Position numbers and translations under genes: made by a program. Shown here one piece after another: positions 56,543 through 64,000 of a DNA stretch of 64,000 nucleotides. Source of the stretch: Frankiales bacterium. Lineage in GTDB: Bacteria; Actinomycetota; Actinomycetes; Mycobacteriales; SCTD01. The notes beneath the pieces were generated by a model. It did not search any database. It saw nothing but the letters and a program-made list of their open reading frames with translations, and was not told the origin of the DNA. The stretch lies in NCBI GenBank assembly GCA_025465135.1, contig JAODNA010000049.1, positions 44,507-108,506 of the forward strand, given 5' to 3'. How positions within the stretch are numbered: the first letter of the stretch is position 1; each line of letters starts with the position of its first letter.

Positions 56543-56770
56543 CGAGCCGGCATGCCAGCATGGCCGCGCAGGTGGCCATCGCGCCGGCTGCACGACACCG
56601 AGCACCGCGCAGGGGCGTTCCTCGTCGGACAGGGCCTACTGCCCACGCCGTGGTGCTGGTGCCGTGTCCACGGCTGAGGACCTACACCGCCGCTGACGGC
56701 AACGTCACGGGCAGGAGCGCGGGTCAGTCCGCGGCTCCGAAAGAAGGCTGTGCACAGGGGACATTCACGC

Positions 56771-56803
56771 TTGACACGGCCTTTTCTTCGAACTAGTGTT
56801 CGA
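56771..56803 (+). promoter_or_regulatory. Promoter (TTGACA-17-TAGTGT) overlapped by a perfect LexA SOS box TCGAAC-TAGT-GTTCGA
   Basis: TTGACA lies at 56771-56776 and TAGTGT at 56794-56799. The box TCGAACTAGTGTTCGA lies at 56788-56803. The ATG of the DUF222 gene is at 56806, 6 nt after the -10, which implies a leaderless mRNA. Confidence 0.7.
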
Positions 56804-56805
56804 AC

Positions 56806-58347
56806 ATGTTCATCACGACCAGCGCCGCGCCGCAGGTCGATGACGGCTGGGAAGCCTTCGCGCGGCCGGAGTTCAGGGACGACCTCGAGCTGCTGGCGAC
56901 ATCCGTGCGCGCCGACGGTGAGCGCTGGGCGGAGCAGGCGATCGTCACGGCCCGACTTGCCGCCCAGGTGCCCTGCGAGGCTGGGATCACCCGGACCGCG
57001 ACCGCCTGGAAGTCCTTCGTCCGGGAGATCGCGGTCGCGCGTCGCTGCAGCGACCAGGCCGCAGCCAAGGAGATCTACCTGTCGGTCGCGCTGACGACGT
57101 CGCATCCGAAGACGCTTGCCTTCCTGCAAACCGGCCGGCTCCCCCTCTACAACGCCCGCGTCCTGCTCGAGGAGTCGGCCGGCTGCGAGTCGGCCATCGG
57201 CGCTGCAGTGGATGCCGAGCTCGCAGAACGGGCCTGCCGGCTGACACCGTCGCGGATCCGCGACGCCGTCCGCCAGATCGAGCTCCGCATGGACGCTGAT
57301 GCGGCTGCCGCCCGGTCAGCCAAGGCGACAGCGACCCGCAACGTGCGGCTGAGCGCTGACCGCGACGACCAGGCAACGATCGTGCTGTCCGGACCGGCCC
57401 TTCCCCTCGTCCAGTTCTACGAGACCGTCACGGCCGCGGCGCGCGCCGCCCGCGCCGCCGGGGATCCGCGGGGCATCGACGCGCTCCGCTTCGACCTCGC
57501 CCTCGATGTGCCTGCCGAGGTCCCCGTCGCTGCCGCGATGCGGTCGGTCGTCGAGACCGGGGACACCGACGCATCGGAGGCCGTCGCCTCAGAGGCAGGT
57601 GGCCCCGACGAGCGATCGACCGGGTCGGTGGTCCCGAGCTGGCTCGGCGACCGCCGCCTGCTGCGACCGATCCAAGCGCTGCTCAACCTGTCCGTGACAA
57701 CAGCGCTGGGGCTCGACAACGAGCCGGGCTGGCTGCACGGCTACGGCTGGGTCAGCGCCCCCCAGTGCCGGCAGTGGCTGACGGAGGCCGAGCTGCGGCA
57801 GGTCTGCGTGGGGCGCGACGGCTTCGTGCTCGACACCGCGGACCGCGTGGTCCGTCCCGAGCCGACGCCGGTGGGCGTGCGCGACGCGGTCCTCGCGATG
57901 GTCTCCGATCCCGGAGAGATCACCGACAAGACGTTCCGATCCGAGCCGCGGCACGACCCGAGCCCGGCGCTGGCGGGCTTCGTCGATGTCCGCGACCTCG
58001 ACTGCGACGGGCCTACGGGCACGCGCGTGCCGGCCTCGCGGTGCGAGCACGACCACGACATCCGCTACCCGGACGGGCCGACGGCCGCGTGGAACCTCAA
58101 GCCGCGCGCGACCCGCACGCACGTGCTGAAGTACAACGGCTGGACGCCACTACGCACGGCCACCGCGACGCTCTGGTTCAGTCCGGCCGGCCAGATCGTC
58201 GAGGTCCCGCATCACACCGGGCCACCACCCGACCTCGATCCGGACGCCGAGCTGCCCGATCCACAAGAGCTTCATGACGTGGAAGCCGAGCTGCTGCGAC
58301 CGCCGGGTCCCGACGACCAGCCACCGTGGGACGCGCCACCCTTCTGA
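56806..58347 (+). CDS. DUF222 / HNH-endonuclease-domain protein (13E12-repeat-family type)
   Basis: The N-terminal DUF222-like region is ...ARLAAQVPCEAG...FLQTGRLPLYNARVLLEE... The C-terminal HNH-like region is CDGPTGTRVPASRCEHDHDIRYPDGPTAAWNLKPRATRTHVLKYNGW; the second half of the motif looks degenerate. Confidence 0.85.
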   Translation: MFITTSAAPQVDDGWEAFARPEFRDDLELLATSVRADGERWAEQAIVTARLAAQVPCEAGITRTATAWKSFVREIAVARRCSDQAAAKEIYLSVALTTSHPKTLAFLQTGRLPLYNARVLLEESAGCESAIGAAVDAELAERACRLTPSRIRDAVRQIELRMDADAAAARSAKATATRNVRLSADRDDQATIVLSGPALPLVQFYETVTAAARAARAAGDPRGIDALRFDLALDVPAEVPVAAAMRSVVETGDTDASEAVASEAGGPDERSTGSVVPSWLGDRRLLRPIQALLNLSVTTALGLDNEPGWLHGYGWVSAPQCRQWLTEAELRQVCVGRDGFVLDTADRVVRPEPTPVGVRDAVLAMVSDPGEITDKTFRSEPRHDPSPALAGFVDVRDLDCDGPTGTRVPASRCEHDHDIRYPDGPTAAWNLKPRATRTHVLKYNGWTPLRTATATLWFSPAGQIVEVPHHTGPPPDLDPDAELPDPQELHDVEAELLRPPGPDDQPPWDAPPF

Positions 58348-59292
58348 TCAGCCGAGGCCGCTGACGAGCTCCGCGACGACGTCGGCGGCCGGGCTGACGT
58401 CGGTGACGCTGCCGACGCCCTCACCGGCGTACAGGGCCATGGCTGCGACCTCGCCCTCGACGTGCCGGCTCGGGGTGGCGACCCCGAACCGCGGCACCGC
58501 CACCCGCACCGGCCCGGAGACCACGTGACCGACGAAGTCCCCGTCGAACGCCTCGGCTGCCGCGACCGCTGACCGCAGCACCCGGTGCGGCGCATCGGGC
58601 CAGCCCTCGCTGAAGGTCGTCGTGAGCACGGTGTCCTCACCCGACGTCGCAGCAACCAGGGCGGAGATGTACGCCGGGTGCGCCCGCGACTCGGCGGTCG
58701 CGACGAACCGCGTGCCGACCCGCACCCCCGCGGCCCCCGCACCGATCACCGCTGCCACGTCGGGCGCGCTGGAGATGCCTCCCGCCGCCAGCACCGGCAG
58801 CGACGTACGACCCAAAACCGCCGCGAGCAGCTCGTCGCGGCCGGTGCTTCCCCGCACGTGCCCCCCGGCCTCGACGCCCTGCACGATGACGAAGTCGCAG
58901 CCGGCGTCCGCGGCGGCCAGGGCTGCGTCGACGGTCCCGACCTGCCAGGCCACGCGGGCCGCACCCGACCGGCGGGCCCGGCCGACGACGGCGGGGTCCG
59001 GCTCGGTCCAGAACACCTCGACGACGCGCAACCGCGACGCGGCATCCTCGAAGGTCGCGAGGTCACCGTCCATCCACTGTCCGAAGAAGCCCATGCCGAC
59101 GGCCCCACCGCCGCTCAGCTGCAGCGCGCGCGTGATGCGGTCGGTCGACGGCTCCACGTCGAACTCGCAGAGCATCCCGAGCGCCCCGGCGGCGGCGACC
59201 GCTCCGGCGAGCTCGGGCCCCGCGACCCCGCCCATCGCGGCCTGCTGGAGCGGGTGCGTGCAGTCGACGAGCTGCGTGAACGGCGTCTCCAT
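58348..59292 (-). CDS. Nitronate monooxygenase / 2-nitropropane dioxygenase-family FMN oxidoreductase
   Basis: Motifs are PLQQAAMGGVAGPELAGAVAAAGALGML, VIVQGVEAGGHVRG, PVLAAGGISS and GAAGVRVGTRFVATAES. ATG 59292 follows GGGGGG; ATG 59313 is an alternative start. Confidence 0.85.
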   Translation of the reverse strand: METPFTQLVDCTHPLQQAAMGGVAGPELAGAVAAAGALGMLCEFDVEPSTDRITRALQLSGGGAVGMGFFGQWMDGDLATFEDAASRLRVVEVFWTEPDPAVVGRARRSGAARVAWQVGTVDAALAAADAGCDFVIVQGVEAGGHVRGSTGRDELLAAVLGRTSLPVLAAGGISSAPDVAAVIGAGAAGVRVGTRFVATAESRAHPAYISALVAATSGEDTVLTTTFSEGWPDAPHRVLRSAVAAAEAFDGDFVGHVVSGPVRVAVPRFGVATPSRHVEGEVAAMALYAGEGVGSVTDVSPAADVVAELVSGLG

Positions 59293-59337
59293 CGTGACCC
59301 CCCGGCGCAGCATTCTGCGCCCATCGGCGGCCCGCGG

Positions 59338-60345
59338 CTAGGGCTTGCCTCCCCCTCGGGCGCGCATCTCCTTGCTGAAGCGCTTGTACTTCGCGCGCTC
59401 CTCGGAGCGCAGCCGGGCATCGGTGCGGCGGGCCTGGAACGCCAGCTCGCGCTGCAGCTTGCGCCACGAGTCCACGCGTACCTGGGCCAGGTCGCCGGCC
59501 TCGACGCTCGCCGTGATCGCGCACCCCGGCTCGTCGCCGTGCCGGCAGTCGCTGAAGCGGCACGCACTCGCCAGCTCCTCGACCTCGGCGAAGGCCCGGG
59601 AGAGGCCCTCGTCCGCCGCGTAGAGAGCGACACCGCGCAGTCCCGGCGTGTCCACGACGACCGCCCGGTTCGGCAGCACGATCAGCTCCCGGTGACTCGT
59701 GGTGTGCCGCCCCTTCCCGTCCACCTGCCGGACGTCGCCGGTCGCCATGACCGGGGCCCCGGCCAGCGCATTCACGAGGGTGGACTTCCCGGCACCGGAC
59801 GAGCCCAGCAGGGCTACCGTCGCGCCCTCCACGACGTACGGCCGCAGCGCCTCGACATCCCCCGTCGCGGCGGACACCGCGATGACCTCGGCGCCGGGCG
59901 CGTGCGGCAGCACCATCCGTACGGCGGCCTCCGGGTCCGCACAGAGGTCAGCCTTCGTCAGTACAACGACAGGAGTCGCGCCGCTCTCCCACGACAGGGC
60001 GAGGAGCCGCTCGATGCGGCGGACCGGCGGCGCGCCGGTCAGGCCGGCGCAGATCAGCACGACGTCGACGTTGGCCGCGAGCGGCTGGGCCGTGCTCGTC
60101 CCCGACGACGCCCCGCGGGCGAGCAGGGTGCGCCGCGGCAGCAGGGCGACGATCTCGGTGTCGGTGACTGCGAGCCAGTCTCCCACCGTGGGCGCGTCGA
60201 GCGGGTCCGGTGGAGCGGGCCACGCGGGCAGCCGCAGGTGCCCGGTGTCGGTCAGGACGTCGTAGGCGGAGCGGTCGACCCGGGCAAGCCGGGCCAGAAC
60301 GGTGCCGTCAGGAAGAGCGTGGTCGAGCGGAGCGCCAGGCAGCAC
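59338..60345 (-). CDS. rsgA: Ribosome small-subunit-dependent GTPase A (RsgA/YjeQ)
   Basis: The circularly permuted GTPase motifs are VVLTKADL and LLGSSGAGKSTLVNAL. The zinc knuckle is CRFSDCRHGDEPGCAI. Confidence 0.9.
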   Translation of the reverse strand: MLPGAPLDHALPDGTVLARLARVDRSAYDVLTDTGHLRLPAWPAPPDPLDAPTVGDWLAVTDTEIVALLPRRTLLARGASSGTSTAQPLAANVDVVLICAGLTGAPPVRRIERLLALSWESGATPVVVLTKADLCADPEAAVRMVLPHAPGAEVIAVSAATGDVEALRPYVVEGATVALLGSSGAGKSTLVNALAGAPVMATGDVRQVDGKGRHTTSHRELIVLPNRAVVVDTPGLRGVALYAADEGLSRAFAEVEELASACRFSDCRHGDEPGCAITASVEAGDLAQVRVDSWRKLQRELAFQARRTDARLRSEERAKYKRFSKEMRARGGGKP

Positions 60346-60434
60346 AGCAGTGCCTTCCGGAAGGAGGAGTGGGGGTCAGGCGAAACAACGGCATGACCAC
60401 ACCCCCTCGCGCTCGGGCGGCCCCTGAACGGCCG

Positions 60435-60463
60435 CGCGGGGACAGGCTAGGCCTGTCCCCGCG
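60435..60463 (-). terminator. GC-rich hairpin (13-bp stem) downstream of the ydcF-BNR operon; no U-tract
   Basis: CGCGGGGACAGGC (60435-60447) pairs perfectly with GCCTGTCCCCGCG (60451-60463) around a TAG loop. It lies 20 nt after the BNR gene stop (60483) and upstream of rsgA. No T/U run follows on either strand. Confidence 0.45.
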
Positions 60464-60482
60464 TCGACGTACAGCGAATTAG

Positions 60483-61877
60483 CTACAGCGCGCTGCGCCC
60501 ACCGGTCTGCTTGGCCCAGACGACCCGGCCGGCCTTGCCGCCGTAGCCGGAGTTGTCGGCATAGGCGACCTGCGCCATGCCGTCGGGCCCGATGGCCAGC
60601 TCGAAGAAGTCGGCGAGGCTGCGGTCGCCGCCGGCGATGCAGAGCAGGCCGTTGAGGCAGATGTCGCCCTTGTGGATCGGGTCGGCGTCGATCAGCGACC
60701 GCGTGATGCTCGGGTGCGCCGAGGTCGCGTTGCGGACCTGGGCGAAGTGCACCTTCCAGTTGGCCGTCTTGTCGGCCGGGCTGGCCGCGGCATCCGCGCC
60801 GTACCAGGCGATGTCGACGACGCCGGCGGCTCCGGCCTGACCGGTCGCGTAGACCTGCGCACCCGCTGCCATCGGCGCGTCATCGACCTTGACCGGCTTC
60901 GACCAGGACTTCGACTTGTCCTTCGACACGACGTAGTAGGTGTGGAAGTGGCCCGGCGTCCCCGCGTCGCTGTTGAACAAGATGTAGACGTTGCCGGCCT
61001 TGTCGATGGTGCCCCACGGGAAGATGGCCCCGTTGATCGACTTTCCGTCGCTGGTCACGGCGTACTTGTTCGTGAAGGACGTGTCCTCGGCGCCCTTGTG
61101 CGCGACGACGATGCCGCGGGTCGGGCCGTACGGCGGCGTCGTGGTGCCGACCGTGTTGCTGCCGAGGTCGGAGATCGAGTAGAGGACGTACTGGTCGCGC
61201 TGGTCCGGGCTGATGAGCATCGGGCCGCTGAAGGTGTTGCCGCCCTGGTCGAGCAGCGACGCCGAGCCACCTGGCTTGGCGGGCGTGACGGGACCGCCGG
61301 GCGTGACCTGGTCGGCACCGTTGACGGGGTTGGCGGCGTCGGCCGTCGGCCACGTCTTGCCGCCGTCGGTGCTGCGCGCGAAGAACTCACCCTCGGCCGC
61401 GAAGTCGTGGTAGACGAGGTAGGTCGTCTTGCCGTCCGCCGAGTGCGCGAACCACTGCCGGTCCTGCTCCACACCGACGCTGCGGCCGCCGTCGAACGTC
61501 TTGCCGAAGTCGTGCGAGAGCTTGACGTTGCTGTCGTAGACCTCGAGGTCGGCGTTGAGCAGGTCGCCGTTCGGCAGGAAGTCGAGCTCGCAGTCGCCGC
61601 CGCCGTTGTCGCTCGCGGTGGCTGTCTTGCCGAAGGAGTGGCCGTCGTTGCCGGAGTACCAGACGTAGGTCCCGCTGCCGCCCGGCACGCAGACGGCGAT
61701 GTGCTTGCCGTCCTTGGTGATCGCCAGCGAGGGCTCGCCGTAGGACCCCTGCGGGTCCAGCACGGTGTTGCGGAACGCCAGCGGCTTCGGGGCGGTCGCT
61801 GCCTGGGCGAAGGACACGGCCGAGAGCGCGGCAACCACGGCCGAGGCCACGACGAGAGAAGGACGACGCAGGATCAT
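60483..61877 (-). CDS. Secreted BNR/Asp-box repeat (sialidase-fold) protein
   Basis: Lies in ORF 60483..62441. ATG 61877 gives the signal peptide MILRRPSLVVASAVVAALSAVSFAQA. Asp-boxes are STDGGKTW, SHDFGKTF and SKDKSKSW. Confidence 0.85.
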   Translation of the reverse strand: MILRRPSLVVASAVVAALSAVSFAQAATAPKPLAFRNTVLDPQGSYGEPSLAITKDGKHIAVCVPGGSGTYVWYSGNDGHSFGKTATASDNGGGDCELDFLPNGDLLNADLEVYDSNVKLSHDFGKTFDGGRSVGVEQDRQWFAHSADGKTTYLVYHDFAAEGEFFARSTDGGKTWPTADAANPVNGADQVTPGGPVTPAKPGGSASLLDQGGNTFSGPMLISPDQRDQYVLYSISDLGSNTVGTTTPPYGPTRGIVVAHKGAEDTSFTNKYAVTSDGKSINGAIFPWGTIDKAGNVYILFNSDAGTPGHFHTYYVVSKDKSKSWSKPVKVDDAPMAAGAQVYATGQAGAAGVVDIAWYGADAAASPADKTANWKVHFAQVRNATSAHPSITRSLIDADPIHKGDICLNGLLCIAGGDRSLADFFELAIGPDGMAQVAYADNSGYGGKAGRVVWAKQTGGRSAL

Positions 61878-61912
61878 GCAACGTCTTTCGACGCCGCGCC
61901 CCGCATTCCTGC

Positions 61913-62530
61913 TCAGACCGCTTGGGGACCGGCCTCGCTGCTCGCTCCGAAGATCCGGTAGTAGAGGTAGGCGGCCGTCTCCCTGGCCACGTAGCGCAGC
62001 TCGGTCCCACGGTCCCGGACGGCCGGGCCGGTGCGGGTGGGCGACGTCCAGGCCTTGATCCCGAGGTCGGAGGCCATCCGGCGGGCCCGCAGCTCGTGCC
62101 AGGGATCGGTGACGAGGACCGCCGTCTTCCAGCCCTGGGCGGTGAACTCGGTCTTCAGCGCCTGCAAGGACTGCAGGGTGTTGCGGCCCTTCCCGACCGC
62201 CACCGCGTCGACGCCGCGGTCCCGGAGGAAGCGGGCGCCGGCCTCCGCCTCGGTGAACCGGTCGCCGGGCGCGCCCCCGCCCACCGTGACCACGCGGGGG
62301 GCGACGCCCTCGTCGTACAGGACCTTGGCGTGCAGCAGCCGGGCTCGGAAGACGGTGCTCGGCTTGCCGTCGAACTGCGAGGCGCCGAGTACGACGATCG
62401 CATCGCTGGTGGGGTGATGGTCCTGCCGGGCGACCCACCACACCCGGAAGGCGGTGGTGCCCACGACGAGCAGGACAAGGAGCAGCAGCCCGGCGAGGAC
62501 CCGGCGGGCGACCTTGAAGGCGAGGAACAC
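61913..62530 (-). CDS. YdcF/DUF218 (ElyC/SanA-like) family membrane-anchored protein
   Basis: The N-terminal TM is VLAGLLLLVLLVVGTTAF. Other motifs are DAIVVLGASQFDG..., VVTVGGGAPGDRFTEAEAG and VLVTDPWHELRARR. The GTG start directly follows the ppdK stop. Confidence 0.8.
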   Translation of the reverse strand: MFLAFKVARRVLAGLLLLVLLVVGTTAFRVWWVARQDHHPTSDAIVVLGASQFDGKPSTVFRARLLHAKVLYDEGVAPRVVTVGGGAPGDRFTEAEAGARFLRDRGVDAVAVGKGRNTLQSLQALKTEFTAQGWKTAVLVTDPWHELRARRMASDLGIKAWTSPTRTGPAVRDRGTELRYVARETAAYLYYRIFGASSEAGPQAV

Positions 62531-64000
62531 CTAGCGGGTGTCGCTCCCGCCGCCCTCGAGGGCCGCACGACCGGCCTCGAGTCGGGCGACCGGGACCCGG
62601 AACGGCGAGCAGGACACGTAGTCCAGCCCGACCTCGTGGAAGAAGTGGATGCTGTCGGGATCGCCGCCGTGCTCCCCGCAGACCCCGAGGTGCAGGTCGG
62701 GACGGGTGGCCCGGCCTTCCTGCACGGCGATCTGCACGAGCCGGCCGATGCCGTCGCGGTCGAGCGACTCGAACGGGCTGACGCCGAAGACGCCCAGGTC
62801 GAGGTAGCGCGAGAAGAAGGACGCCTCGACGTCGTCACGGCTGAAGCCCCAGCCCATCTGGGTCAGGTCGTTGGTCCCGAAGGAGAAGAACTCGGCGGCC
62901 TCGGCGATCTGACCGGCCGTGAGTGCCGCGCGCGGCACCTCGATCATGGTCCCGATCAGCGCCTCGACGCCGACCTCGGCCAGGATCTGCTCGGCCTCCT
63001 CGCGAACCACCTCCAGCTCCTGCACGGCGCCGACGAGCGGAACCATGATCTCGGGCCGCGGATCGAGGCCCTCCTCCTTCAGCGCCTTCGCCGCCTCCGC
63101 GATCGCCCGCACCTGCAGGGCGAACAGGCCGGGGATGACGAGACCGAGGCGGACCCCGCGCAGGCCGAGCATCGGGTTCTGCTCGTGCAGCCGGCGGACG
63201 GCCGTCAGCAGCTTGCGCTGCGCATCGTCGACCTTCTTGCCGGTCGCGTCCGCGACGGCGATCTCGACCGAGAGCTCCGTCATGTCGGGCAGGAACTCGT
63301 GCAGCGGCGGGTCGATCAGCCGCACCGTGACCGGCAGGCCGTCCATCGCCCGGAAGATGCCGATGAAGTCCTCCCTTTGCAGAGGCAGGAGCGCTTGCAG
63401 GGCCTCGCGTTGCTCGTCCTCGCCTTCGGCGAGAACGAGCCGCTCGACGAGCATTCTTCGGTCGCCCAGGAACATGTGCTCTGTGCGGCACAGGCCGATG
63501 CCGGCCGCGCCGAAGCGGCGGGCGCGCTCGGCATCCTCCGGGGTGTCGGCGTTGGCCCGGACCTTCAAGCGCCGTACGCCGTCGGCCTGCTTCGTGAGCC
63601 GGTCGACCGCCTCGACGAGGTCGTTGGCCTTCGCGTCGAGAGTGCCCTCGAAGTACTGCACGACCTCGCTGGGGCTGACCGGCACCTCGCCGAGGTAGAC
63701 CGCACCGGTCGTGCCGTCGATGGACAGGACGTCGCCCTCTTCAACGGTCGTGCCGTCCTTGAGCCGGATCTGCTTGGCGTTGACGTCGACGTCGAGCTCC
63801 TCGGCGCCGCAGACGCAGGTCTTGCCCATGCCACGGGCGACGACCGCCGCGTGGCTCGTCTTCCCGCCGCGGCTGGTGAGGATGCCCTGCGCGGCGATCA
63901 TGCCGACGAGGTCGTCGGGATTGGTCTCGCGCCGCACGAGGATCACGGACTCACCGCGCGCGGCCCACTCGGCGGCCGTCTCGCTGGAGAAGACGGCCTT
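62531..64000 (-). CDS. ppdK: Pyruvate, phosphate dikinase (C-terminal about 490 aa; 5' end outside window)
   Basis: The phospho-His region is ILTSRGGKTSHAAVVARGMGKTCV. The PEP-utilising TIM barrel carries GLCRTEHMF, GTNDLTQ and GVCGEHGGDP. The reading frame stays open to the window end. Confidence 0.92.
   Translation of the reverse strand, partial: KAVFSSETAAEWAARGESVILVRRETNPDDLVGMIAAQGILTSRGGKTSHAAVVARGMGKTCVCGAEELDVDVNAKQIRLKDGTTVEEGDVLSIDGTTGAVYLGEVPVSPSEVVQYFEGTLDAKANDLVEAVDRLTKQADGVRRLKVRANADTPEDAERARRFGAAGIGLCRTEHMFLGDRRMLVERLVLAEGEDEQREALQALLPLQREDFIGIFRAMDGLPVTVRLIDPPLHEFLPDMTELSVEIAVADATGKKVDDAQRKLLTAVRRLHEQNPMLGLRGVRLGLVIPGLFALQVRAIAEAAKALKEEGLDPRPEIMVPLVGAVQELEVVREEAEQILAEVGVEALIGTMIEVPRAALTAGQIAEAAEFFSFGTNDLTQMGWGFSRDDVEASFFSRYLDLGVFGVSPFESLDRDGIGRLVQIAVQEGRATRPDLHLGVCGEHGGDPDSIHFFHEVGLDYVSCSPFRVPVARLEAGRAALEGGGSDTR

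Noticed and set aside
1-64000. CRISPR arrays, rRNA genes, IS elements, transposases, integrases, phage genes
   Set aside because: No regularly spaced direct repeats, no rRNA-like conserved stretches, and no DDE, tyrosine- or serine-recombinase motifs were seen in any plausible ORF. The only mobile-element-associated gene type is the DUF222/HNH gene, which has no terminal repeats that I could find.

Overview
High-GC actinobacterial chromosome segment. This call rests on arginine/alanine-rich wrong-frame ORFs, frequent GTG starts and ATGA/GTGA gene overlaps, murT-gatD, dgt and dnaG, a mycobacterial-type LexA box and a DUF222/13E12-type gene. No GC value or database search was computed. About 70 coding regions and one tRNA are supported, in three zones.

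(1) 1-15.5 kb holds cell-envelope genes. These are a partial GT87-like glycosyltransferase, an LpqC-like esterase, gatD-murT, an M23 peptidase, a GH25 muramidase with three tandem C-terminal repeats, and membrane proteins. A glycan cluster follows: a SAM methyltransferase with a coiled-coil tail, an acyltransferase-3, a GT2-GT4 fusion, and a Wzt-type ABC ATPase with a C-terminal extension but no Wzm permease.

(2) 15.5-41.5 kb is an accessory-looking block dominated by eight ECF sigma-factor genes. Each overlaps a gene for a single-pass membrane protein. All eight partners share a very short (about 38-43 aa) 'MTD...RRRR-TM' cytoplasmic head and carry unrelated ectodomains. One partner has a BNR propeller plus a DUF4232-like domain. 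Another has PD40-like repeats plus a C-terminal cyclophilin PPIase. Seven of the eight sigma genes are preceded by the same AACC-N15-17-GTnT element. The block also holds lipoproteins, secreted proteins, two GNATs, a P-loop kinase and arr (rifampin ADP-ribosyltransferase). It ends at tRNA-Asn(GTT).

(3) 41.6-64 kb is mostly housekeeping: topoisomerase IB, an MFS transporter, an S8 peptidase, dnaG overlapping rpoD, an acyl-CoA dehydrogenase, a second LpqC-like esterase, dgt, an ANT-like nucleotidyltransferase, a DUF222/HNH gene behind a perfect SOS box in a leaderless promoter, a nitronate monooxygenase, rsgA, a BNR protein, ydcF and partial ppdK.

No CRISPR array, rRNA, transposase or integrase was seen. 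The best candidate for an undescribed system is the array of ECF sigma / short-headed membrane-partner cassettes with a shared promoter motif.
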